Source of the DNA: Oikopleura dioica
Taxonomy: Eukaryota; Animalia; Chordata
DNA length: 64,000 nt
Assembly: GCA_907165135.1 (NCBI GenBank)
Contig: OU015566.1
Span: forward strand, 4,216,001 to 4,280,000
Direction: 5' to 3'
The translations under genes and the position numbers were made by a program. Below the pieces are notes generated by a model. The model saw only the letters and a list, made by a program, of their open reading frames with translations. It did no database searches and was not told where the DNA came from. Shown here piece by piece: positions 23,001 through 35,019 of this stretch. The stretch's first letter is position 1. Each line of letters begins with the position of its first letter.

Positions 23001-24528
23001 CACTGTTCTCTACCCAATCAGTCGAAAAAGCAACACGGATTTCCACCGCCCTCAGTTTTTCCGAATCGACGCAAATTCAAATGTAAAACTTGACACAACC
23101 ATTCTCACGGGGCGACAAACAAAGCCGAATTCTTCCGACGTTGGGGAGGGAAACAAGCAGCTTTTCTGCGCGACTGATGTTGAGCCTGGCTGGACGGTTG
23201 TTCTAGCGCTTATTCCGCACATCAATCATTCCTTGTTCTTGACTGGGAAGGAGAAAGCAGCGCTGACGAAAGAAGTGTCGCTGACTGTAGCGCCGGAGCT
23301 GACAGAAGACAAGCCGCTAGAACTCGTCTCCAAACTCATCCCCCTCCCTCTCGAAAGCACCCTCAAGCACTTGAAGAAAAACCACCATTTGGACTTGAAA
23401 TGGATCAGTCCAATCATCCAATTCACAAACGCTCGAAGAATCGCGTTCCCGATTTCTCTCGAATTCAAGAAATCAACAACGAGAGCGTCGAAAATCAACG
23501 TTCTTCAGAAAATTCCAAACGGAGCGGACTGGGCTCAGCAGGAGGCGAAAATTCAGAGAAGTGATGAGAGATTTATTGTTCAAACAAAAACGATTTCGCA
23601 TTTGATGATAGTAGTTGCGAGTATGGAGCTGGAAAAGACGATTCTAGAGGGCGTCCCAAGCTTGGTTCTTGGCTTCTCGCAGAGTAAGAGTCTTTTTATC
23701 TAGAAAGCAACAGTTTTTTCACAAATTAAGGGTGTCGCCTTGCTAATTAAAAAATTAAAATTTCGAAATTAAAGGTCCCGTCCTCATTAACTTTTTTCTA
23801 GCGCAAAATGTCGGATTTGAAATCTTTCAGAAGAAAAACCAGAATAACATCCTCAAGCTCAAATACTCCACCTCCGATTCTTCCGACTCCTCCGACTCCT
23901 GGAAAACGCTTGGCAAGACAAAAACACGCATCAAGAACAACTCCAAATTCAATCTTCTCGCCGGCAAATTTACTTTTTCTTCCGCCGCCGCTCTTTCTCA
24001 GCAAGTTTTTGCATCAATTTATCCTTCGGTTGAAGAGACATTTATGATCCCAAAGCCGATGATCGAAAAATTGCAAATAAAACTTGGCTCGATGCAGTTA
24101 AAAGTTGGCAACGAGATTCTGAACGTGGATGTTTCTGTTGCGGAAAATGAAGAAGAAGAAGCGATTGTTCATCCGGAAAGCCTGATAATTTATTTTACCG
24201 AGAAAATTTCAAGCTTGATTCCGAGTTTTTACGCTTCAAGACTTGCTGAATATCTCGATATTTCAAGAGCCGAGGCTGAGTTTTACTGTAAGTCGCGAGT
24301 TTTATGAGTTTTTTTATTGATAAATTTTTAGTGGAACGAAATGATCATGAAAATCGAGCTGCGAAAATGATCGTCTCTTCCTTTTTGAAAACATGCAAAA
24401 TGGATGAAGCTTTTGAAAAACTTGAAATTGCGCTTGTAAAATTACAGCTTCATCAACTTGCGCAAATGGTTCATGAAGATCGTCTTCACGCGAATTGGAC
24501 GAAGATGAGCACGACCAGTCTTTTCTGA
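20074..24528 (+). CDS. Ankyrin-repeat / ZU5-ZU5(-UPA) / death-domain protein
   Basis: ANK repeats (DTPLHISV, GQTALHLAAFYG, MSPLAVAV), ZU5-like ISPPLFINI..F..KITV.YP and WISPIIQF..RRIAFPISL, and a C-terminal death-domain-like RLAEYLDIS...L.IAL..L.L..LA. 1-nt homopolymer frameshift at ~22456-22460. Confidence 0.65.
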
Positions 24529-25284
24529 ATTTTACTTTTTATTTTATCTGCGAACTATTTGTTGGAAGAGAAAGAAGTTTTTAGTTTACTGTGTTCACAG
24601 CTTCGTCTTTAAAAAAATACCAGTCGATCTGATTTGGATAAAAACTTATGGTTTTTTAATTTCTTTTTTCGGAAAATATTCTTCTTGCAAAATAAACAAC
24701 ACAATTTATAAACGAAAAAGCAGCTTATTTGCTTTTTCAATTATTTGAATTAAATTCATTTTAAAAATAAAGAGCATCGAAAATTTGGAAAAATGGAATA
24801 TTCGAGACTGTAATTCATTGATTCGGAAATTTGTTCTGCAGTTGCACCAAGCAACGGATACAGTAACTCACTCAATCAAATCAAAATCTACGAAGAATCA
24901 GTTTTGCAACTCGATTTTCATTTCTCAGGTATGTTTCACTGGTTGATTTTTAAGGTAGTAAAGACTTTAAGAGGTTTTTATTACGAGCTGAAAAACTTAT
25001 TCTTGCCAATTATTTCTATCAGACAAAGAGACAATTATAAGATTTAAGCTTTCTAAAAAGCCTTTTGTTTTTTTTTACAAAACAGTCTGAATAAAATTTT
25101 TATTAAAAAAATTTTTGAAAAATTTATTTGAAAATTTGCTTCTGTCGTGAACTTTGAGCGGAAGGTCAGACAGTCGCTATAAAATTCTTTCTCTCGGATT
25201 CAGTAGAATTGTTACAGATAAAGCGCGTCATAGAGCAAATTGACTCTGTCTTCAGTGAGCAAACTTGAAATGATTTCGTAAAAA

Positions 25285-28200
25285 ATGGGCGACGCTAAGA
25301 AAGTTCACCCAAGCGAGAACATGGCGAAAGACGGGGGCACAGAGATTTCGCTCAAGGAAAAAGAGGAAAAACTAGAGTCGGATTTTGGCCAAGATGAGAA
25401 GAAAAAGGAAGAGGAAGAGAATAAGCCAGCGGATATGGTTGCCTACGGCGACTTGGTAAATTTGGCTTTATAATTAAATTTTTATTAACGGGCTTCTCAA
25501 AGCTTCTCGGGATAAAAATCAAATAAGTAAGATATAAATGATTTCTATTTTGTCACTCATAATAAAGCAAAAGAAATTAAAAAAATTGGCTCTCAACATC
25601 TGCCCAAATTTCATTTTCAGTTTCGATATGCGACGGGAAAAGACAAGCTCAGCCTCCTGATCGCAATCATCGCTGCTATTGGCACGGGTGCTTCCATGCC
25701 GCTCATGTTCATCATCTTTTCTCAAATGACGGATTCGTTCACTGTTGTTGGCGGCTTGGGAACATGCTTCAACGCCACTGCTCCCAATGCTACGACTCTT
25801 CCAAATCTGTATCCGATGCCGAACCCAACCAGCAATCCACCATTTGTGACCACGAATTTCCCCGATGACTGTAAGGAGAAAACGCTATCGGACAAATACT
25901 GCAACGGTCCGCTTTCTTCAAGGTCTTTCGTTGGCGTTGCCGCATTTGATGTCAATGGAACTATTGCCGATGAATTCTTCTGCATGTGCTTTGATGCTGA
26001 AACCTGCATGAAAGTAACTGGTATTGATGACGAATCAGAACTGCTCGATGATTATGTCTACAAAGCACTAGAAGGAACGCTGTCGATTCTTGCGCTAATG
26101 AGGCCCTATGCGATTTTCTACACTGTTTTTGGAATCGGAACTTGGCTTTGCGGATGGATTCAGACTTGGTTTTTGATGGCGCAGGCTTCCAATCAAATGG
26201 CAAGAATTCGTGCGAAGTTTTTCGACTCAGTGCTTCGCCAGGATATCGGATTTTTTGACACCAATTCTGCTGGTGAACTCAACACTCGACTTGCTGATGA
26301 TATCAAAAAGATCTCCGACGGAATGGGGGATAAAATCGGCATCACTGTTCAAAGTATCGCGAGATTCATAACCGGCTTTGTGATCGCCTTTATTTATGGG
26401 TGGAAATTGGCTCTGGTTATCATGTCGATTTTTCCTGTTCTGATGGTCTCGGCCATCGTGATGTTCAAAGTCACCACCAGTTACACGGAAAAAGAACTGG
26501 ACGCGTACGCGACTGCTGGTGGAATAGCAGAAGAAGTCCTCAGTGGAATCAAAACAGTAACCGCCTTTTCCGGTCAAGCAGAAGAACTCGCTCGTTACAA
26601 CAAAAATCTAGAAGTAGCAAAAGGCGTCGGAATCAAGAAAAACGTCTCGACTGGCTTTTCCCTTGGAACTCTCTTCCTTGTTCTTTTCTCTGCCTACGGA
26701 CTTGGTTTCTGGTATGGCGGAAAATTGATCGTCGGAGATGGATATACAATCGGAGATGTCATGCTTGTTTTCTTCGCCATGTTGACTGGTGCTTTTTCGC
26801 TCTCGGCGGCGGGGAACAATGTCGAAGTTTTTGCGAAATCGAGAGTTGCTGCTTTCGAAATTTTCAAGTTGATCGACAGAAAGTCCCCAATTGATCCTCT
26901 CTCCGACACCGGCAAAAAACTTGACAAGAATGCGAAGCCAGAAATCACCTTCAAAAACGTTTCCTTCACCTACCCCGCGCGCGAGGACCAGCAAATTCTG
27001 TTCAACGTCTCGTTCAAAGCCGAAGTCGGAAAGACCCTCGCCCTATGTGGCCAAAGCGGAAGTGGAAAGTCCACGTGTATTCAATTGATACAACGATTTT
27101 ACGATGCGCAAGAGGGTGGAGTCTATTTTGGTGGAGTGGACATCAAGACGCTCAACGTGAAGAGCTTGAGGGAGGAAATTGGCGTCGTCTCTCAGGAGCC
27201 CGTTTTGTTTGATGCTTCAATTAAAGGTTTGTTTAGAAATTGTTTTGGAAAAAATATATATATTTTTAACCCTTCTTTTATAAAAAAAAACTTTTTTTTC
27301 AGAAAATATTCGATATGGTCGATTGGACGTCACTGACAAAGAAATCTACGAAGCTGCAAAAATGGCAAACTGCTTTGATTTCATCGAGCGCCTTCCAAAT
27401 AAGTGGAACACTCAAGTTGGCGAAGGCGGAGCGACTCTTTCTGGTGGCCAGAAGCAGCGAGTGGCGATTGCTAGAGCGCTGGTCAGGAATCCGAAAATTC
27501 TTCTTTTGGACGAAGCCACTTCGGCGCTCGATACAGAATCAGAAGCGATTGTCCAGCAGGCGCTGGAGAAAGCTTCAGTTGGCAGAACAACGATTGTCAT
27601 TGCTCACAGACTCTCAACGATCCGAAACGCGGATAAAATCATCGGCTTCGCGGGCGGTAGAATCGTCGAAGAAGGAACACACGAATCATTGCTCAAAAAA
27701 GAAAATGGCGTTTATGCGAATCTCGTGAACATGCAATCATTCGGGGAGGACAAAGACAAGTCCAAGGAAGAAAAATCAAGCAAAAAAGCTCCCCAATCGC
27801 AAAAATCAGTCGTCGACCAAAAAGAAAAATCCGAAGAAAACGAGGACGAGGATTTACCACAGGCTCCGTGGACGACGATTTTGAAGATGAATGCTCCCGA
27901 GTGGCCGTTTTTGCTCTGCGGAAGTATTTTTTCGGCGATCGTTGGAATTGCCCAGCCGCTTTTTGCGATTATTTTCGCGGATATTTTGTCCAAAGTTTCT
28001 TCATTGGAAGGAGAAGAGCTGGAAGCGGCAATGGCTGAGAATGCTATCAAATTTGTTCTTCTCGGTAAATTTTTGAAATATGAAAAATGAATAAAATGCG
28101 ATTTTTAGGCGTTTTGAATTTCGTTGGAAATATTGGCGCCGTTTCCTGCTTCGGAAAAGCTGGCGAAGAATTGACTTTGAGAATCAGATCAAAAGCTTTT

Positions 28201-31200
28201 GAAAAGTACTTGCGACTTCATATGTCTTATTTTGACGATCCGATGAATTCAACTGGAGCTCTGACAACGAGACTTTCCACCGATGCGTCACGTGTTCAGG
28301 ATTTGAGTTGAAAAAGATGTGCTTCAAGATCATATTCGCGATAAACGGAAAATAATGATTAATTTTGGTCAGCATCTCTATATAATTGCTATTTGAAATT
28401 TCGAGTTATCGCCATGACACCCTTAAAAGGCGCACAAACGATTCTGTTGCCCTTGACCAACTATCGATCTTCTCAGTCGGTCAAAAATTTTTCCAAAATT
28501 TTAAGGGTATCAGCGCGAAATCAATGTTTGAAAAATAACTACCATTTGACGAGGAGATCCTTAAAACACAAGTTCTACTAAATGAAATGAGCCCGTCTTA
28601 CAGCCTTTTTCTGCAGGTGCTCTTGTAACTTATGTTTTGGTCAAGAGCACGATAATTGCTCGAAGCTGTATCAAACAACAGAAAATATTTAATTCCACCA
28701 CAAAAAGCACTTTAATTGATCTTTGCCAATTAATTTGAACAACTCAAAACAGGGCGCTACTGGTTCGCGGATGGCCTTGATCACTCAAAACTTCTTCTCC
28801 CTTGGTTTCGCCTTCGTCATCGCTTTTGCCAATATTTGGGAGCTGACATTGGTCTGCCTCGGTTTTGTCCCGATTATGGCTGGAACTGGATTCTTTATGA
28901 TGCAGCTTTTCAGCGGAAAAATGGCGCTCAAGGAGCAGAAAGCCTACGAAAATGCTGGAAAAATTGCGACTGAAGCTACTTTGAATATCAGAACTGTAGC
29001 TTCTTTAGCTCGCGAAAAGACTTTCTACGAGAATTACATGAAAGAAGTTGCTATCCCACACGCCTCGGCAAAGAAGAAAGAATGGCTTTACGGAATGATT
29101 TACGGCCTTTCTCAGGGAATCATCTTTTTCGCTTACGCCGCGACGTTCCAATTCGGCGGATATTTGATCGAGAGCGGAAGACTTCCCGAAGATGATTTTG
29201 ACAAAATTTACAAAGTTCTCATGGCCGTTGTTTTTGGGGCAATGTCGGCGGGGCAGAGTTCTGCGTTCGCGCCGGATTTTGGTGAAGCGAAGCTTTCGGC
29301 TTTGAGGATGATCAAGGAAGGAGTGATAGAAAAATATTATCATTGATGATTTTTCGGGGTTAGGGTTAGGGGTGGCTGGAACCCACAAAAATTGCGACAG
29401 AGAGGCGATTTTTGAGAATTTTTTTCTAAAAATGTGTTTTTGACTGGCTTGCAGGCAAAATTCGGAAATTTGATTGGTCAAAAATTTGATCAAAATTTTT
29501 GAAAAATTATCCCGATTTTTGGTCGATTTCAATCCGCCTCCAAAATTTTTGGTCAGTACTGAAAATGTCACGAATGTCACGATTTTTCTAAAAATTTCAA
29601 GATTTTTCTGAAAAATGTCACGAAAAGAAATATGTTTCCGCGACATTCGTGACATTCGTTCCATTCTTGACATTCGTGACATTTTCAGCATTGTCGAAAT
29701 TTTTGGTCAAAGATGACCAAACAGCTACTCATGTCATTTCTGGATGAGCCAGGTATATTGGTATAAATTCAATGAATGCATAAATTGAGAGAAGCCACTT
29801 GAGCTTCAAGTCTTGAGCGTTCCTGATCCTTGTATTTTTGTGGTAAACGCTAGCAACGTGGCGATGCACACATTTCAAAAACATTATTATTAGTCTTTTT
29901 GACAACTCTCCCTTTTTGTTGTATTTAAAGCCGGGAGCGGACATGAAATTAATTGTATTGTGTTTTCAGTGGAAATAGGTATCCCTTAACTCCACTAAGT
30001 TAAACAACCATCGGAGTAGTATTACCGGATGTGCAAAGGGGAACGCGACAACATTTAAATTCGCGTTATCATTATTTTTATTCCAGTGGTTTTAAACTCG
30101 GAAACGTTTCTCCAGAAATGTCTTTTTCTATCACTTTTGCGAGCTTTTCAACCTTCCATCTGAAATCGACCCGACAGACCAGAGCGGCCAGCGACCGGAG
30201 AAAATTAAGGGAGACGTCGATTTCACCAATTTGAACTTCACCTACCCAACACGACCAGATGTTAAAGTTCTCAAAGGACTGACAGTATCAGGATCGGATT
30301 TCTCTTTCAAAAGCATTTTTTAAATTAATAAATATATTTTTAGGGCCGAACCAAAATAAGGAAGTAATAAGCTAGGAAGTGACAAAAAGGAAGTGATTTT
30401 TTGAAATGGGTTTTCATTGGCCGGTAGGCCAAATGCAGAGATCTTATTGGTCTTCAGAAAATGCACTTCCTTTTTGTCACTTCCTAGCTTATTACTTCCC
30501 TATTTTAGTTCGTGCCTTTTTTAATAAAAATAATAATTAATAATTTATATTATCCTTAATGTTTTTTCCTTTATTTTAAATAATAATTTAAATCATAATT
30601 ATAATTAATATGACATGATTATTTTCATAAAAAATCTAATTAATTTATTAAGGGGTAGTCCCTGCTTTTGAGAAAATCCGAATTTTGAAATTTTCTTTCC
30701 AGATTCTAAAAGCTCGTTAGAAAGGCTACAAATTTTGTATGGATCATTTTTTCCGAATGTAAGAGAAATTGGTTTAGTCCCCAAAATCGGCGTTAAAAAT
30801 CAATATTTTGATGAAAAATTTCAAAAAATTGAAAATTTTTGACTATTTTATCCAATGTCAAAGCGTTGTTTTAATGATTTTTGGTCTGTAGATTACTCAA
30901 ATAATAAATAAATTGTCTTCTATGAAGGCTACATAAGATTAATCTTCTTTGAAAAACTCATTTTTCAAGTTTTTCAGACCCAAGTTTTGATCGATGGTAT
31001 TAAATAATGATTTTTTGAGTTTCTTAATTTCGTTGAGTGGCAACTTTAGACGAAGGTATAAACTTGTTAAAAATATATTTGGTTTACATTTATTTTAATT
31101 TTTAAGGGCTCTACGCGTGTTTGAAAATAGGCCAAAATGGCGATTTTGCTCGGGTTAGGCTAGAATATGGCACCATAGCTCCTCGAGCGGTGGAAAAAAT

Positions 31201-34200
31201 ATCTTTCGGGAACTGGCAACTTTAGAACAGCGTTCGACCTTTCTACCGATATAGTTTTCAGCCTTCAACTTAAGGGTAATGGTATACATCGGCGCGGCGC
31301 TGCTCTCTCGATCCGCGCTCCGCCAGAACCTATTTCTCACGAGGCCGTAAAATCTGAACGGATAAAGATTTTTCAAAATTCAAAAAGATTATGAATAATT
31401 AAAGTCTTTTCTACTCACACAGCAAAATTGGTAATGATTGTCAAAGAGGAACTATCTGAAAATTGCCAGTTTCCTTCAAATGACATTTTCTTCGACATTT
31501 CTCATCCAAAATTTTTGAAAATTGCACTGTCTTGTAGAGAATCGTCAGTTCTACAAATCCTGTTTTTCAGATTTTTGTTTTAAGATCTTCGGATTTTAAT
31601 ATGCGACCTTGAAGTAAGCGCTGTGAGGTCGTGGCGTGAGAAATAGAGAGCGGAGAGGCGCGAGAAAAAGTAGCGCTCTTTACAAATTGCGATGTAAAAT
31701 TAATGAAAGCCTCAAACAAAAATCTGAAAAACAGGATTTGTAGAACTGACGATTCTCTACAAGACAGTTTAATTTTTAAAAATTTTGGATGAGAAATGTC
31801 GAAGAAAATGTCATTTGAAGGAAACTGGCAATTTTCAGATAGTTCCTCTTTGACAATTATTACGATTTTTGCTGTGTTTATAGATGTTACTTTGGTTATT
31901 CAGAATCTTTTGAATTTTGAAAAATCTTTATCCGTTCAGATTTTACGGCTCCGTGAGAAATAGGTTCTGGCGGAGCGCGGATCGAGAGAGCAGCGCCGCG
32001 CCGATGTATACCATTACCCTTAAGCCCAAATTTGTATGAGCGCTGTTCAAAAAGTGCCAAGATCGCAAAAAGCAGGGACTACCTCCTTAATCAAGAAAAA
32101 AATCCACTAAAAGTGAAGCAAGGCCAAACCCTGGCGCTTGTCGGCCAATCGGGTTGTGGAAAATCAACCTGTATTCAACTCATCCAACGATTTTACAACG
32201 GAGAAGGCGACATCAAAATCGACGGACTTGATGTCAAAAAATGGAACATCCAGCATCTCAGGGCGCAAATCGGCTTCGTTCAACAAGAACCAACGCTCTT
32301 TGAAAAAACAATCAAGGAGAATATTTTGTATGGATTGCCAAGCGAAAGAGGGAAAGTCAATCAAGCTTATACTCCTCATGTAAGTTGCGGATTTTTATTT
32401 TGTCTGAAAAAATCATGGACAAATTTAGTATAAGATTTTTCATGCTTCAAGTTTTTGTCTGCTTTGTAGACTCTTAACGCCGAAACGCACAGCGACCAAT
32501 TAATTGGTACAACGCCCTTCAATGCCATTTCAGCACATTTGGAAATTCGCATATTTACTCATATCTGTGTTATGAGATGGGTATAATATGGGGATAAAAT
32601 TAAAGCTTAGCGTCTGAGAATTATTTATCTAATTATTTATCTATATCATTTATACAGTGAGCTAATCAGTTTCATTGTTTAAAAGGGGTAAAAGCGGGAT
32701 ACCAATTAATTGGTACGATCTGCGTTCGACGTTGAAAAAATTTTATGCGTTCCGGCGTTAATTTTTTCGCACAGCTGACAAGTCTCTAAACAAGGAGGAT
32801 AAAACAGGATATTCGTTGAAATCAGGACTCCTTTTTGGTCCCTACTAAGCTTTTTGATTTTTCCTGAATTTTTAGGGGAGTAGTCTGGAACCGACAAAAA
32901 ATTTCGACAAATTTCGCGTGGAAATTTTCAACCAATCAGAAGCCATGATTCGGCAAACCGGGCAATCAGCAGCCGAGTAGCCGCCCACGCAAAATTTGTC
33001 AAATTTAGGGTGTTAATAGCCTACTGGTCAAATTGATCACTGGTCAATTTAACCAGGGTTTTATACAACCGTTTGGCCGTTGACACCCTTAAGGCGCACC
33101 TAATAAAAAATAAAGGAAACTAGTCAATCATTGCTTGTGCCCCTCTTTTTGCTAACCTTGTGATTCCTCAGCTCATTGTCAACTTCCAATTTCAATTTTC
33201 GCATGTTGTACATTTGTGATTCCTGGTCCTCCAAATTATTGAAATGGATCTAATAATTCGATCACAAATTGAATCAACGGGCTAACTACATGGACTACAT
33301 CTAATCAACGTGGTGATGAGGCGAACCATCACCTGTTGTTTATCGTGAAATTAGATTTGCCATCGAGACTTGTGCTGAGTATATTGATCTAAATAACGAA
33401 TCATTTCACGGTTGTAAGCAACTATTTTTCCATGAATTGCAATACTTAAGGGGTGGACATCGATAATCAAATTTTTAATCGCGCTTTTTTGAAAATTAAC
33501 GTAGTGATACGCTTATTTTTACGAAGATTTTAATTTCTAACAGACTCATATTTTCTCTTATTGCCACTTTTACTAGTTAAGGGTGTCAACAACGATTGAT
33601 AAATTGGGGCAATAAAAATAGCTAAATCATTGTTGACACCCTTAAGAATCACTGCTTATAATCAAAAAGCCGAGCTAACATTTCGAAAATTAAAAATTTT
33701 AGTTTGGAATAAAAATTTGAAGGGGGTCCTTAAATCTGCTTTTTCGATATCTACTCCCTTAAAATCATCAGCAACAAATTCATCTTTTAGATCAAAAACT
33801 TGCTTTTCCGATCTTTTTCAAGCGACAAAACATGAATATAAATGCACTTTGCCGTGTAAAAACAAGGCTTTTTCTCCTCCAACAAGGCCAATCCAACAAT
33901 CCTGTTTTCAGAACAACGCGACGAAGAAAACACTGACGGAAGACGAAATGGTTGAGCGAGCTTGCAAAGAAGCAAATGCATTTAATTTCATTTCGGATCT
34001 GCCTTCGAAGTACGAAACGAATTGTGGAAAGAAGGGATCGCAGCTCTCGGGAGGGCAGAAGCAGCGGATCGCGATTGCGAGGGCGCTGATTAGGGAGCCA
34101 AAAATTTTACTGCTCGACGAGGCCACAAGTGCCCTTGATGCGGAAAGCGAAAAGGTATAGGAGAATGATTAATAATATTGAAATTTGCGGTCTAAGTGGT

Positions 34201-34521
34201 TTCTGGAAAATAATTATGATACAATATGCGAACATGTTCGTGATGTTTACAAAGTTTTTTCGCATAATATAAGGGGCCTGACATGAATATTAGTAATATT
34301 ACGATGCTGTCTATTTTAATCTTTCTCAGATTGTCCAAGACGCGCTGGACAAAGCCCGCGCCGGGCGAACCTGTATCCTGATCGCCCATCGTCTCTCGAC
34401 TGTCATCTCCGCCGACGTCATCGCCGTCGTCGACAATGGAGTAATCATCGAAACCGGCACCCACGACGAGCTGATAAAGAAGCAAGGAGCGTACTATAGC
34501 CTGATCAACAGCCAACTCTAA
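25285..34521 (+). CDS. ABCB1: ABCB1/MDR1-type full ABC transporter (P-glycoprotein), multi-exon
   Basis: TMD-NBD-TMD-NBD architecture. Walker [10 protein letters not shown] and GQSGCGKST, two LSGGQKQR signatures, two [12 protein letters not shown], two IAHRLST, and ABCB1-typical GELNTRL, NAPEWP and [10 protein letters not shown]. Confidence 0.95.
29559..29688. mobile_element. MITE with short subterminal repeats
   Basis: CTGAAAATGTCACGAATGTCACG ... TGACATTCGTGACATTTTCAG inverted arms. Confidence 0.55.
30344..30516. mobile_element. MITE family C (ATTGGCCGGTAGGCCAAAT core)
   Basis: ~55-bp IR (CGAACCAAAATAAGGAAGTAATAAGCTAGGAAGTGACAAAAAGGAAGTG and its complement). The same core occurs at ~54120 and ~63270. 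Confidence 0.65.
30648..32090. mobile_element. TTAA-flanked non-autonomous DNA transposon (Kolobok-like GG..CC termini)
   Basis: TTAA|GGGGTAGTCCCTGCTTTTG ... CAAAAAGCAGGGACTACCTCC|TTAA. Confidence 0.7.
31270..32023. mobile_element. Nested TTAA-flanked foldback element with ~310-bp arms
   Basis: TTAA|GGGTAATGGTATACATCGGCGCGGCGCTGCTCTCTCGATCC... mirrored by ...GGATCGAGAGAGCAGCGCCGCGCCGATGTATACCATTACCC|TTAA. Confidence 0.85.
32874..33005. mobile_element. MITE family B (CCAATCAG-containing), partial
   Basis: GGGGAGTAGTCTGGAACCGACAAAAAATTTCGACAAATT...CCAATCAG...GCCCACGCAAAATTT, shared with the copies at 59397 and 61300. Confidence 0.65.
33577..33645. mobile_element. Minimal TTAA-flanked MITE (69 bp)
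   Basis: TTAAGGGTGTCAACAA ... TTGTTGACACCCTTAA perfect IR. Confidence 0.6.
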
Positions 34522-34824
34522 GATTCTAAGATTCTCAACATTTTTCGTTCTTCAAATTCGAAATTCGTTCAAGCTCGTAATTTTGAGCACTTTAATTTAG
34601 CACTGAAAATAAACACTGATATTTTATTGATTAAATGCAGCCACGAAGAAGCGTTGTTATTTTTGCTCGAGGAATTCGTGGATGTATTCTGGTCGGAGGC
34701 TCTGGACGCTCTTCATTTTTGATTTTGCATTGAGGAACTTAGCATTCTGTGCATTTTTTAGAAGAAACTAAAAAGTCTTTCATTTTTCCTGTGCTCTTGG
34801 ATAGACAAAAAATGCGGACGGGAT

Positions 34825-35019
34825 TGAGAAAGTCGCCGAATATCGCCAGAAATCGCTAAATTTCGCGTGAAATCGCTGAATGTCGCTGAATGTCGCCGAA
34901 CGTCCCGACTTATTTTTAAAGTTTTTGAGAAAATAGAGCGACAACCAGCGACATTTGGGGACATTCGGCGACATTTGGCGACAGTCGGCGACATTTGGCG
35001 ACATTCGGCAACTATCTCA
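34825..35019. repeat. Foldback of 10-bp repeats (GTCGCCGAAT / ATTCGGCGAC), probable MITE
   Basis: Tandem decamer arrays in opposite orientation. They explain the low-complexity ORFs at 34758-35067. Confidence 0.65.
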
